A stretch of DNA of 64,000 bases from an uncultured Prevotella sp. (lineage in GTDB: Bacteria; Bacteroidota; Bacteroidia; Bacteroidales; Bacteroidaceae): NCBI GenBank assembly GCA_963931275.1, contig OZ006992.1:63810-127809 (forward strand). The letters are read 5' to 3'. Below are positions 36,233 through 44,377 of the stretch, piece by piece. The stretch's first letter is position 1. The number at the start of each line of letters is the position of its first letter. Position numbers and translations under genes: made by a program. The notes under the pieces are model-generated. The model was not told where the DNA came from. It saw nothing but the letters and a program-made list of their open reading frames with translations, and did not search any database.

Positions 36233-36428
36233 ATAATGAAAAATTAATGATGAATAATCGGGGATAATAATGAATGATTTGAAAAAATCCATAATGGACG
36301 AACTAACTGCGCTGGCTCATGAATGGATGTGACGATGTAACTTGACGTTTCATTTTCCGTTTCCAACGCTTTCGTACATAAAGCGGCGCGGCGTGATTTT
36401 TCATTATTCATTTTTCATTATTCATTAA
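36226..36428. repeat. periodic-unit inverted repeat (GAATAATGAAAAAT units) with long spacer
   Basis: TAAATGAATAATGAAAAAT (36226-36244) versus 36410-36428, 18/19. Additional unit copies lie on both sides. Overlaps the dnaG stop. Confidence 0.55.
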
Positions 36429-36433
36429 GAAAG

Positions 36434-37858
36434 ATGATTTACCTGCACTGGTTCATATTTGTGTTGTACGTCTGTGTGGTGCTTGTGACGATGGTCACGG
36501 TGCTGATGGACAACCGGCAGCCGGCCAAGACGATGGCTTGGGTGCTGGTACTCATCTTCATGCCCGTCATAGGCATCGTGTTTTACTTCTTCTTCGGGCA
36601 GAATACACGCAAGGAGAAGTTCATCGGCCGGCAGAGCATGGACCAACTTACAAAACGCTCGATGCTTGAGTTCGCCGAGCAGCAGGGGCTGAAGCTGCCT
36701 GAGGAACACGCCGTACTAATCAAGCTCTTCGCAAGCCAGAACTGGGCGTTGCCATTCAAGAACAACGAGACTGACATACTTACCGACGGCCACGACTTCT
36801 TTTGCGCAATGCTGCGCGACATCGGACGGGCAACCCATCACATACATCTTGAGACCTATATTATCTGCGACGACCCTCTCGGACGCCTTGTGGCGGATGC
36901 CCTTATTGACAAGGCGAGGCGGGGCGTGGAGGTGCGTTTCATTTATGATGACGTGGGATGCTGGAATGTTCCCAACTCGTTTTTCGAGCGGATGCGCTCC
37001 GCCGGCATCGACGTCCACGCCTTCATGCCCGTCAAGTTCCCGGCGTTCACCAGCAAGGTGAACTACCGTAACCACCGCAAACTGTGCGTCATCGACGGTC
37101 ATGTCGGGTATATCGGCGGCATGAACCTGGCCATACGCTACGTAAAAGGCTCAAAGGGCACGGCTTGGCGCGACACTCATCTGCGCATACGGGGCGGCGC
37201 GGTGTACGGCATACAGCGCGCTTTCCTGGTTGACTGGTATTTCGTTGACCGCACGCTTATCACCAACCGCTGTTATTATCCCGTGCAGGACCGCTCAATC
37301 AGCAACGACTGCATAATGCAGATTGTGACGAGCAGCCCCATAAGCAAGTGGCCGGAGATGATGCAGGGCTATGTCCGCATATTGCTTGAGGCCAAGCGTT
37401 ACGTCTACATGGAGACCCCTTACTTCCTCCCGACAGAGCCGGTCATGTTCGCCATGCGCACCGCCGCCCTCGCCGGTGTTGACGTAAGGCTGATGGTGCC
37501 GCTGCATTCTGACGCCAAGTTCGTCGAGTGGGCGAGCCGCTCTTACGTGCAAGAGGCTGTTGACGCCGGTGTGCAGGTGCATCTTTACGCCGCCGGCTTC
37601 AACCACTCGAAGCTCCTCGTGAGCGACGATTCGCTCTCAACCTGCGGCTCAACGAACATCGATTTCCGCAGCTTTGACAACAACTTTGAAAGCAATGTCT
37701 TCATTTACGACCGCGACATGGCCCTGCGCATAAAGCAGGTGTTCACCGACGACATGGCGCACTGCGTAAAGTACGAAGACTACATGCGCACGCGCCGCCT
37801 CTTGTTCACCCACCGCCTGTGGGAATCGCTTGTCCGCATGTTCTCGCCGTTGATGTAG
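36434..37858 (+). CDS. cls: cardiolipin synthase
   Basis: Two N-terminal TM segments and two HKD motifs (NHRKLCVIDG, NHSKLLVSDD). Confidence 0.93.
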   Translation: MIYLHWFIFVLYVCVVLVTMVTVLMDNRQPAKTMAWVLVLIFMPVIGIVFYFFFGQNTRKEKFIGRQSMDQLTKRSMLEFAEQQGLKLPEEHAVLIKLFASQNWALPFKNNETDILTDGHDFFCAMLRDIGRATHHIHLETYIICDDPLGRLVADALIDKARRGVEVRFIYDDVGCWNVPNSFFERMRSAGIDVHAFMPVKFPAFTSKVNYRNHRKLCVIDGHVGYIGGMNLAIRYVKGSKGTAWRDTHLRIRGGAVYGIQRAFLVDWYFVDRTLITNRCYYPVQDRSISNDCIMQIVTSSPISKWPEMMQGYVRILLEAKRYVYMETPYFLPTEPVMFAMRTAALAGVDVRLMVPLHSDAKFVEWASRSYVQEAVDAGVQVHLYAAGFNHSKLLVSDDSLSTCGSTNIDFRSFDNNFESNVFIYDRDMALRIKQVFTDDMAHCVKYEDYMRTRRLLFTHRLWESLVRMFSPLM

Positions 37859-37995
37859 TTTTGTGGTATATGGTTGTGAGGTCTTACGCTTATGCGGTGT
37901 CGGCAATGCGGCGACACGTATACGCTGTATGCCTGTTCCCTTGACTGCTGGTAATCGCTTGTCTGTCAGTAGGATAGCGATTGGTCATGTTTTAG

Positions 37996-38068
37996 CTTGC
38001 AAAACATGGCCTTTGGGTTTGTGAAAGACGGCCTTTTACCATGCAAAAGGCCGCAAACTGGAAGGCCT
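37996..38068. repeat. REP-like palindromic element
   Basis: GCAAAACATGGCCTTTGGGTTTGTGAAAGACGGCCTTTTACCATGCAAAAGGCCGC. Confidence 0.75.
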
Positions 38069-38139
38069 GTTGGATTTGTCTGTCACGCGGTTGGTTGAAA
38101 GTGGCGTGTCTTCTTCAAAATTTCCACAAAATCAGGCAC

Positions 38140-38147
38140 TATCTTTG
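38140..38147 (+). promoter_or_regulatory. Bacteroidetes -7 box TATCTTTG
   Basis: ~90 nt upstream of ATG 38237. Confidence 0.45.
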
Positions 38148-38236
38148 TACCGTTTGAAACAAAAACGGCAAACATCCGTTTTTATCAAAAAAGACGGCTG
38201 ACAGCCGTCATGCAAACTGTAAAAAAACATAGGATT

Positions 38237-38653
38237 ATGTGGAAATATTATGCGTTGCTTTCCGCATTCTTTGCCGCTCTGACGGCAATCTTCGCCAAAA
38301 TCGGGGTGAAAGACATCAATTCAGACCTTGCCACGGCCATCCGTACCGCCGTGATATTGCTCATCACGTGGGGCATCGTGCTGTTCGGCAATCATTTAGG
38401 TGAAGTCAAGGCCATGCCTCGCCACGCCTGGCTGTTCCTCGTCCTGTCAGGGGCGGCCACGGGCTTGTCGTGGCTTTTCTATTTCAAGGCGTTGCAGACG
38501 GGCGACGTTTCGCGCGTCGCGCCGGTTGACAAGCTTAGCGTAGTGATGACCATCTGCTTCTCGTTCCTGTTCCTGAAAGAGCCTGTCAGCCTGCGTGTCG
38601 TCATCGGCGCGCTGCTGATAACGGCTGGCAGCATCGTTATGCTGGTGAAGTAG
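38237..38653 (+). CDS. single-domain EamA-like small membrane protein (4-5 TM)
   Basis: MWKYYALLSAFFAALTAIFAKIG... ~138 aa. DMT half-transporter architecture. Confidence 0.8.
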   Translation: MWKYYALLSAFFAALTAIFAKIGVKDINSDLATAIRTAVILLITWGIVLFGNHLGEVKAMPRHAWLFLVLSGAATGLSWLFYFKALQTGDVSRVAPVDKLSVVMTICFSFLFLKEPVSLRVVIGALLITAGSIVMLVK

Positions 38654-38680
38654 ATGATGTGACAGAAAATCGTTGAAGCA

Positions 38681-39358
38681 ATGAAAGTGCTTGTAATAGA
38701 AGATGAAAAAGAACTGTCTGACAGCATTGTTACGTATCTCAGTGCGGAAAATTACTTGTGTGAACAGGCGTTTACGTATGCCGACGCGAAGATGAAGGTT
38801 AACGTTTACGAGTATGACTGCGTGCTGCTCGACCTCATGCTGCCAGGCGGCGACGGACTTGACATCTTGTGTGACCTGCGCAAGAAACGCAATCCTGTAG
38901 GCGTAATCATAGTGTCTGCCAAGGATGCGCTCGATGATAAGGTTCGTGGACTTGCCATAGGTGCGGACGATTATATGTCAAAACCGTTCCATCTGGCCGA
39001 ACTCAGCATGAGGATTTATGCCGTTGTGCGCCGCCGGGAGTTCTCTGTGAGCAACTTGTTGGAGAGCAACGGCGTGTGTGTAAACATGATGGACAAGTCA
39101 GTAAGCGTAAACGGAGAGGCTGTATTGCTGACTAAATCGGAATACGAACTGTTGGTTTTCCTTATCGGCAACAAGAACCGAGTGGTTTCCAAGAGTGCCA
39201 TAGCCGAGCATTTAAGCGGCGAGATGGCAGATATGCTTGACAACCTGAACTTCGTTTACACCCACATTAAGAACTTGAAAGCCAAGCTGGCCGCCGCCGG
39301 TTGCAGCGACTGCATCAAGACTGTGTACGGAATGGGCTACAAATGGGTTGAGAACTGA
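38681..39358 (+). CDS. OmpR/PhoB-family response regulator
   Basis: MKVLVIEDE...LLDLMLPGGDG...SAKD...DDYMSKPF receiver domain plus winged-helix C-terminus (...GMGYKW). Confidence 0.92.
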   Translation: MKVLVIEDEKELSDSIVTYLSAENYLCEQAFTYADAKMKVNVYEYDCVLLDLMLPGGDGLDILCDLRKKRNPVGVIIVSAKDALDDKVRGLAIGADDYMSKPFHLAELSMRIYAVVRRREFSVSNLLESNGVCVNMMDKSVSVNGEAVLLTKSEYELLVFLIGNKNRVVSKSAIAEHLSGEMADMLDNLNFVYTHIKNLKAKLAAAGCSDCIKTVYGMGYKWVEN

Positions 39359-39395
39359 GTTCAGGTAGATTGCTATTCATCACTTCGCCAAAGAT

Positions 39396-40469
39396 TTGAT
39401 TATGGGGAAAAAGAAGACATCCTTGCTGCGTATGGTCATGGCACGGTTCGCCGTATGCATGGCGGCGTTGTTGCTTTTGGCTATGCCTTTGTTTTATTGG
39501 CTGACGAAAAACTTTTACGCCGAGGACATGATAGACGTCATCGAGTCGGTGAAAAACGGGCGGTCGGTGCCTGACATCGACCTTGCCGAAGACGTTGTGG
39601 AGGGCATGGCGATGCAGTTCGGTGTCATATCCTTGGCCATCGGCGTGGCCGTTGTGCTGACGGTGCGCATCATCTCGCGCAGGGCTTGGCAACCGTTTTA
39701 CGACACTCTTTCCGCTGTCCGCGATTTCAGGATTGACGGCAAGGGGCGTGTAACCCTGCCGGACACCGACATCGAAGAGTTCTCAAAGCTCAATGCTTCC
39801 CTCGCGCGTTTGATGAACGACAGCAGAAAGAGCTTCCGCGCGCAGAAGGAGTTTACCGAGAATGCCTCTCATGAACTGCAGACGCCGTTGGCCGTAATGC
39901 GCAGCAAGCTTGACGTCTTGATGCAACAGCCAGGCATAACCGAGGGGCAGGCATCCATAATACAAGACCTTTGCCTTATAACGGGTCGCATGGCGAGGCT
40001 CAACCGCAACCTGCTGCTGTTGGCGAAGATGGAGAACAACCAGTTTGACATTTCTGAACAGGTTGACGTAGTGACCGTCGTCAAGGAACTTCTGCCTTAT
40101 CTCGAAAGCTTGCTTGGCGGCATTGCGCTCGACTTGGGGTTTGAGGTCGGCTCGCTGCCGTTGCGCGCCAACAGGCCGTTGCTTGAGAGCATGGTAAGCA
40201 ACCTTGTGGTAAACGCGGTGAGACACAACCGCAAAGGTGGCTCGATAACGGTTGAGGTAACTGCTGGGAGTTTCGTGGTGTCCAACACATCGAATGCAGG
40301 AAGGCTTGACACCGACAACATGTTCAACCGCTTCTACCGTCATGCGGGCGGTGGAAAGGGCAACGGCCTGGGGCTTGCTATAGTCAAGGCGGTGTGCGAC
40401 TACCATGGATGGACTGTGAAATATGCCTACATTGACGGAATGCATCATTTTATCGTGAAGTTTGTATAA
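39396..40469 (+). CDS. sensor histidine kinase
   Basis: Two TM segments, H-box FTENASHELQTPL, N box VVNAVRHN, G box GNGLGLAIVK. Confidence 0.92.
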   Translation: MIMGKKKTSLLRMVMARFAVCMAALLLLAMPLFYWLTKNFYAEDMIDVIESVKNGRSVPDIDLAEDVVEGMAMQFGVISLAIGVAVVLTVRIISRRAWQPFYDTLSAVRDFRIDGKGRVTLPDTDIEEFSKLNASLARLMNDSRKSFRAQKEFTENASHELQTPLAVMRSKLDVLMQQPGITEGQASIIQDLCLITGRMARLNRNLLLLAKMENNQFDISEQVDVVTVVKELLPYLESLLGGIALDLGFEVGSLPLRANRPLLESMVSNLVVNAVRHNRKGGSITVEVTAGSFVVSNTSNAGRLDTDNMFNRFYRHAGGGKGNGLGLAIVKAVCDYHGWTVKYAYIDGMHHFIVKFV

Positions 40470-40532
40470 TCGACAGAATTCCTACAAAATGCCATGATAA
40501 TTTTGCCTGCGTAAATCTAAAAGCAAATTATC

Positions 40533-41285
40533 ATGGCATTACAAGAAAAACTTGAGGCTGAAGGCAACTGGCTGTTCCGTTACAGGAGCTGGCTGCCTTT
40601 GGCGTTGCTTGTTGCCGGATTGTCGGTCTTTGTCTTGACAATCCGGTATGGCGGCGCATTCTTTCATTGCGTGCAGCCTTTTTTCCATGTGTATGAGTGT
40701 TTTTGCCTTGTTGTCAGTCTGTCGGGGTTTGCCGTCAGGGTGTACACCGTAGGCCATACGCCGTCGGGCACATCTGGGCGCAACGTCAAGGCTCAGGTGG
40801 CTGACAGCCTAAACACGACGGGTGCTTATTCCGTGGTGCGCCATCCTCTTTACTTTGGCAATTTCCTTATGTATCTTGGCATAGCCATGCTTACGTGCAG
40901 TGCGGGGTTTGTGTTGGCTTTCGTGTTGGTGTTCTGGCTTTATTATGAGCGCATCATGTACGCCGAAGAGTGTTTTCTGCGGCGCAAGTTTGGGGATGCC
41001 TGGTTGGCGTGGGCGGGTGTCACGCCGGCCTTTGTTCCCTGCCTGAGGTTGTTCAGGCCGTCGTTGATGCGCTTCTCATGGAGAAAGGTTGTGAAGAAGG
41101 AAAAGAACGGCCTGTTTGCCTTGTTGCTTGTGTTCTCGTTGTTTGACGCCGTCGGCTATGCCGTCGGCGGCGGCCATGCGTTAAGCATTTTGTTGCTTGG
41201 TGCCGCTGCCGCAAGCGGTCTCCTGTATGTGGTGTTGACCGTTGTCAAACGTCATACTGCATGGCTTGACGAGGCTGGCAGGTAA
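40533..41285 (+). CDS. ICMT/PEMT-family membrane methyltransferase (LmtA-like candidate)
   Basis: LNTTGAYSVVRHPLYFGNFLMYLGIAM and YAEECFLRRKFGDAW motifs. Multi-TM. Confidence 0.8.
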   Translation: MALQEKLEAEGNWLFRYRSWLPLALLVAGLSVFVLTIRYGGAFFHCVQPFFHVYECFCLVVSLSGFAVRVYTVGHTPSGTSGRNVKAQVADSLNTTGAYSVVRHPLYFGNFLMYLGIAMLTCSAGFVLAFVLVFWLYYERIMYAEECFLRRKFGDAWLAWAGVTPAFVPCLRLFRPSLMRFSWRKVVKKEKNGLFALLLVFSLFDAVGYAVGGGHALSILLLGAAAASGLLYVVLTVVKRHTAWLDEAGR

Positions 41286-41434
41286 GTTCGGCATGTCGGT
41301 TTGCAGTGTCGTTTGTGGCGTTGCGTGTATTCTTTCTTAGCATGAAGATTGATTTAACACAATCTTTATATGATGTTCAAAATTTCTACAAATCCTGACG
41401 CTACCTTTGTGGCTTAAAGGCAAAAAAGGACATT

Positions 41435-42085
41435 ATGGCTTTACATGATTTCATAGCAAGTTTTGACGGTGTTGACAGGCCGCTCATGCTGGTGTTGAAT
41501 TTTGACGGAGGTAGCGTGCTTGACAGCTTGGCAGTGGCCTTTTCCTCTCGTTTGATATGGGTGCCGTGGGCGTTGCTGTTGGTATACAACCTTTTGTCGG
41601 TGCGCAAGATGGGGTGGAGGCGCACGGTAGTAGTTGTTGTTTGGATGGCGGTGGTTGTCACCCTGTGCGACCAAGTGTCATCGTCGCTGCTCAAGCCGCT
41701 TGTCGGCCGCTTGCGTCCGTCTCACGATGCCGATGTCTGCGGCATGCTGCATTATGTCGGGAGTTACCGTGGCGGGCTTTACGGTTTCGTTTCGAGCCAT
41801 GCCGCCAACGCTTTCGGAGCGGCCACGTTCGCGTCGTTTGTGGTTGGCAAGAGGGTGTTTGCCGTGTCCATTTTCGTCTTTTCGGCCTTGGTGGCCTACT
41901 CGCGCATCTACCTTGGCGTGCATTATCCGGGCGACGTTTTGGGTGGATGCCTGTTAGGTGTGTTCACTGGCGTGTTCTGTTACAGGATGTACCTGTTTTC
42001 AATATGTGGCGTATCGGCGTTCAAAAAGTGGTCTTTTACAAGGCGAAAGGCCACGTTTTGCGGTGCAAAAGGTGGCCTCTCATAA
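41435..42085 (+). CDS. PAP2-family lipid phosphatase
   Basis: KPLVGRLRP, SSHAANAF, SRIYLGVHYPGDV (KxxxxxxRP / SxH / SRxxxxxHxxxD). The last ~21 codons read into a REP-like element. Confidence 0.88.
   Translation: MALHDFIASFDGVDRPLMLVLNFDGGSVLDSLAVAFSSRLIWVPWALLLVYNLLSVRKMGWRRTVVVVVWMAVVVTLCDQVSSSLLKPLVGRLRPSHDADVCGMLHYVGSYRGGLYGFVSSHAANAFGAATFASFVVGKRVFAVSIFVFSALVAYSRIYLGVHYPGDVLGGCLLGVFTGVFCYRMYLFSICGVSAFKKWSFTRRKATFCGAKGGLS
42023..42080. repeat. REP-like palindromic element overlapping the 3' end of the PAP2 ORF
   Basis: CAAAAAGTGGTCTTTTACAAGGCGAAAGGCCACGTTTTGCGGTGCAAAAGGTGGCC. Confidence 0.75.
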
Positions 42086-42106
42086 TTTGTTTTGAATGTG
42101 AATTGT

Positions 42107-42288
42107 CTGCCATCTGTCAGTTCCCGGCGTAAGTTGCTGGCTTATAATCTGTTATGGACTGACAGATGTGTGGCTCGACTTTCAGTGCCTGTCAGCCTCC
42201 TGACGGATGCTGACAGATGAAAATGCCATCTGTCAGCCTGTAACTTGTTTGTGGTCAATGTGATACGGGCGAAACTGACAGATGGCAG
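42107..42288. repeat. cluster of CTGACAGATG / CATCTGTCAG motifs bounded by a 14-bp inverted repeat
   Basis: CTGCCATCTGTCAG at 42107-42120 and its exact complement CTGACAGATGGCAG at 42275-42288. Further copies at 42159-42168, 42199-42208 (1 mismatch), 42209-42218 and 42224-42237. Confidence 0.8.
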
Positions 42289-42312
42289 ATGTTTGCGCGT
42301 CAGGTCTTAATG

Positions 42313-42876
42313 TTATTCGTCGGCGTTTTGGCCGATGTCTTCCGCCCGCTTGAACAGGCTGAAGTTGACGCTGCCGTAGGCGCGGTGTTCAATGAAGCCG
42401 GGCACGTCGGTGAATGAGTTGTGCTTGCCATGCTCGAATACGAACACGCCGCCGGGCTTGAGCATGCCGCGCTCCATTATCATCCGGGGCAGCGTGGGGA
42501 GTTCAGGTAGGGCGTAAGGCGGGTCGGCGAAGATGAAGTCGAACTGCTGGCGGCAGCTCTTTATGAAGCGGAACACGTCGCCGCGCAGGGGCACGCATTT
42601 GTCCGTGCCTAACTTGGCGAGGCATTGCTTGATGAATGCGTGGTGGTCGCGGTCGGCCTCGACGCTTATCACCGAGGCGCAGCCGCGCGACAGGAGTTCG
42701 AGCGATATGCTGCCCGTGCCTGAGAAAAGGTCCAATGCCGAGGCTCCGTCAAGGTCAATGTAGCCGTTCAGCACGTTGAAGATGTTTTCCTTGGCGAAGT
42801 CGGTTGTCGGTCTCGCCTTGAACGTTTTGGGTATGTCGAAGTGACGCCCCTTGTATATTCCGGTTATTATTCGCAC
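42313..42876 (-). CDS. rsmD: 16S rRNA (guanine966-N2)-methyltransferase
   Basis: MRIITG.YKGR....P....RPT.D..KE..FN.L, LDLFSGTG, DPPY. Confidence 0.9.
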   Translation of the reverse strand: MRIITGIYKGRHFDIPKTFKARPTTDFAKENIFNVLNGYIDLDGASALDLFSGTGSISLELLSRGCASVISVEADRDHHAFIKQCLAKLGTDKCVPLRGDVFRFIKSCRQQFDFIFADPPYALPELPTLPRMIMERGMLKPGGVFVFEHGKHNSFTDVPGFIEHRAYGSVNFSLFKRAEDIGQNADE

Positions 42877-42931
42877 GGTTCTGGATTTTGAATTGAAAGT
42901 TTGTAGGCAGGGAGTGGCATGCCATGAGTGC

Positions 42932-43744
42932 TTAACTCCTTAGGAAATACGTCATCAGGTCGTAAGGCAGATTCTTTATTTCGGTTATCGGCGCGCGGTT
43001 GAATTCGGCCTTGGGGTTGATGACATACACGTTTTGGATGAACTGGCGCAGCTCTTGCAGCAGCCCGTCACGCTCAGGCAGTTCGCCTACGAGGTGCAGT
43101 TCGTCGCGGCGGTTGTCGAAGGCAAGCTGTTTCCACACGTTCAATAGGAAGTAGACGGTGTCGGCGGGAAGGTTGGTGTCAAAGCTGTTGGTGAACCTGA
43201 AGCGGTTTTGGCGGAAGCTGAACACGTCGATTTTCTTGTCGTGGAAGTATGCGTACAGCTTTTGCCTTACGCCTGTGAAGCTGCGGCGGTAGAGGTGGTT
43301 CCACACCGGCGTGCATACGTGGGTGAAACGTACGTCGCTGAAATTGTCGTCTATTACGAGCTTGAGGTCCTTGTTCATTGAATACACCGCTACGGCGTTG
43401 AGCGACGGCAGCACGGTTGACATTACCGTTTCGCCCTCGTGTCCGGTTATGGCGTGGTGGTATAGCAGCTCCTTTTGTCCGTCCTTGAACTCGTCAATCG
43501 GTATCATCAGCACGGGTGAGTCTGTCATTACCATCGCCCTCTGCCATCCGTTGCGCAGCAGGTCGATTTCCTTCAATGCCTCCCTCAGGTTCGCGGCCAT
43601 GGATATTCCGCTTCTTACGGTGTAAGGTTCGAATATGATGTTGTCGCCCTTTTCCTGGTTCAGTGCTGAGAATGACAGCGTGTGGCGGCCTATGCGTATT
43701 GTGAGCCTCGGCTTTTTCAGTATCTTATTCCCAATTTCCTGCAT
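42932..43744 (-). CDS. DUF3822-like conserved Bacteroidetes protein
   Basis: 270 aa, typical position upstream of rsmD. Family call from memory of this conserved neighbourhood. Confidence 0.65.
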   Translation of the reverse strand: MQEIGNKILKKPRLTIRIGRHTLSFSALNQEKGDNIIFEPYTVRSGISMAANLREALKEIDLLRNGWQRAMVMTDSPVLMIPIDEFKDGQKELLYHHAITGHEGETVMSTVLPSLNAVAVYSMNKDLKLVIDDNFSDVRFTHVCTPVWNHLYRRSFTGVRQKLYAYFHDKKIDVFSFRQNRFRFTNSFDTNLPADTVYFLLNVWKQLAFDNRRDELHLVGELPERDGLLQELRQFIQNVYVINPKAEFNRAPITEIKNLPYDLMTYFLRS

Positions 43745-44201
43745 TGTCGTTAGGTGTTGTTATGTCTCCTATTTTCAGTCCCGGGTAGCGTCCGGCGTTG
43801 TTGGCCTCTTCCGTCAGGTTGGCTATGCTGCCCGCGTCAAGCCCTGACAGGTAGTCGTCGTATCCGGCGTAGCACTCCATCAGCGGTATGTGTTTGCCCG
43901 ACTTGCTGATTTGCGTGCTTACGGTTATCTGGAATTTCTTGCCGTCCGTGAACGGGATGTATTGCAGCGAGTCGGCCAAGTAGCCGTCTTTCACCAGCGT
44001 GTTGAAGTCGTCGGTGTACGCTCCGTGGGCCTTGCGGTATTTCTCTTCCGCGAACCTTATTTTCACCAAGCGTTCTTTCACGGCCTGTTCGCGCTTCGCC
44101 AGTTCCTTGCCGAACCTTACGGGCGTGTATATGCTCAGCGCGCATGCCGCCGCAAGGGCGAACGCGAGGACGGCCAATATGTGGTTCTTCTTGACTCTCA
44201 T
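43725..44201 (-). CDS. hypothetical N-terminally membrane-anchored protein
   Basis: MRVKKNHILAVLAFALAAACALSIY anchor. Overlaps the next gene by 20 nt (operon). Confidence 0.65.
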   Translation of the reverse strand: MRVKKNHILAVLAFALAAACALSIYTPVRFGKELAKREQAVKERLVKIRFAEEKYRKAHGAYTDDFNTLVKDGYLADSLQYIPFTDGKKFQITVSTQISKSGKHIPLMECYAGYDDYLSGLDAGSIANLTEEANNAGRYPGLKIGDITTPNDNAGNWE

Positions 44202-44377
44202 TGTAGCGGTGTTAGTCTGATTTAGGGGCTTTCAAATGAATAAAAACGCATTTTATTCATTTGTCAGACATGCTCTTTCGGCATTTTTCCGTATGTTTGC
44301 ATGACGCTTTGCGCTTGTTATGCGCAGCAAAAATACACCAAATAATCCGTAAAATCAAACCTTTAGCCTGAAAACTG

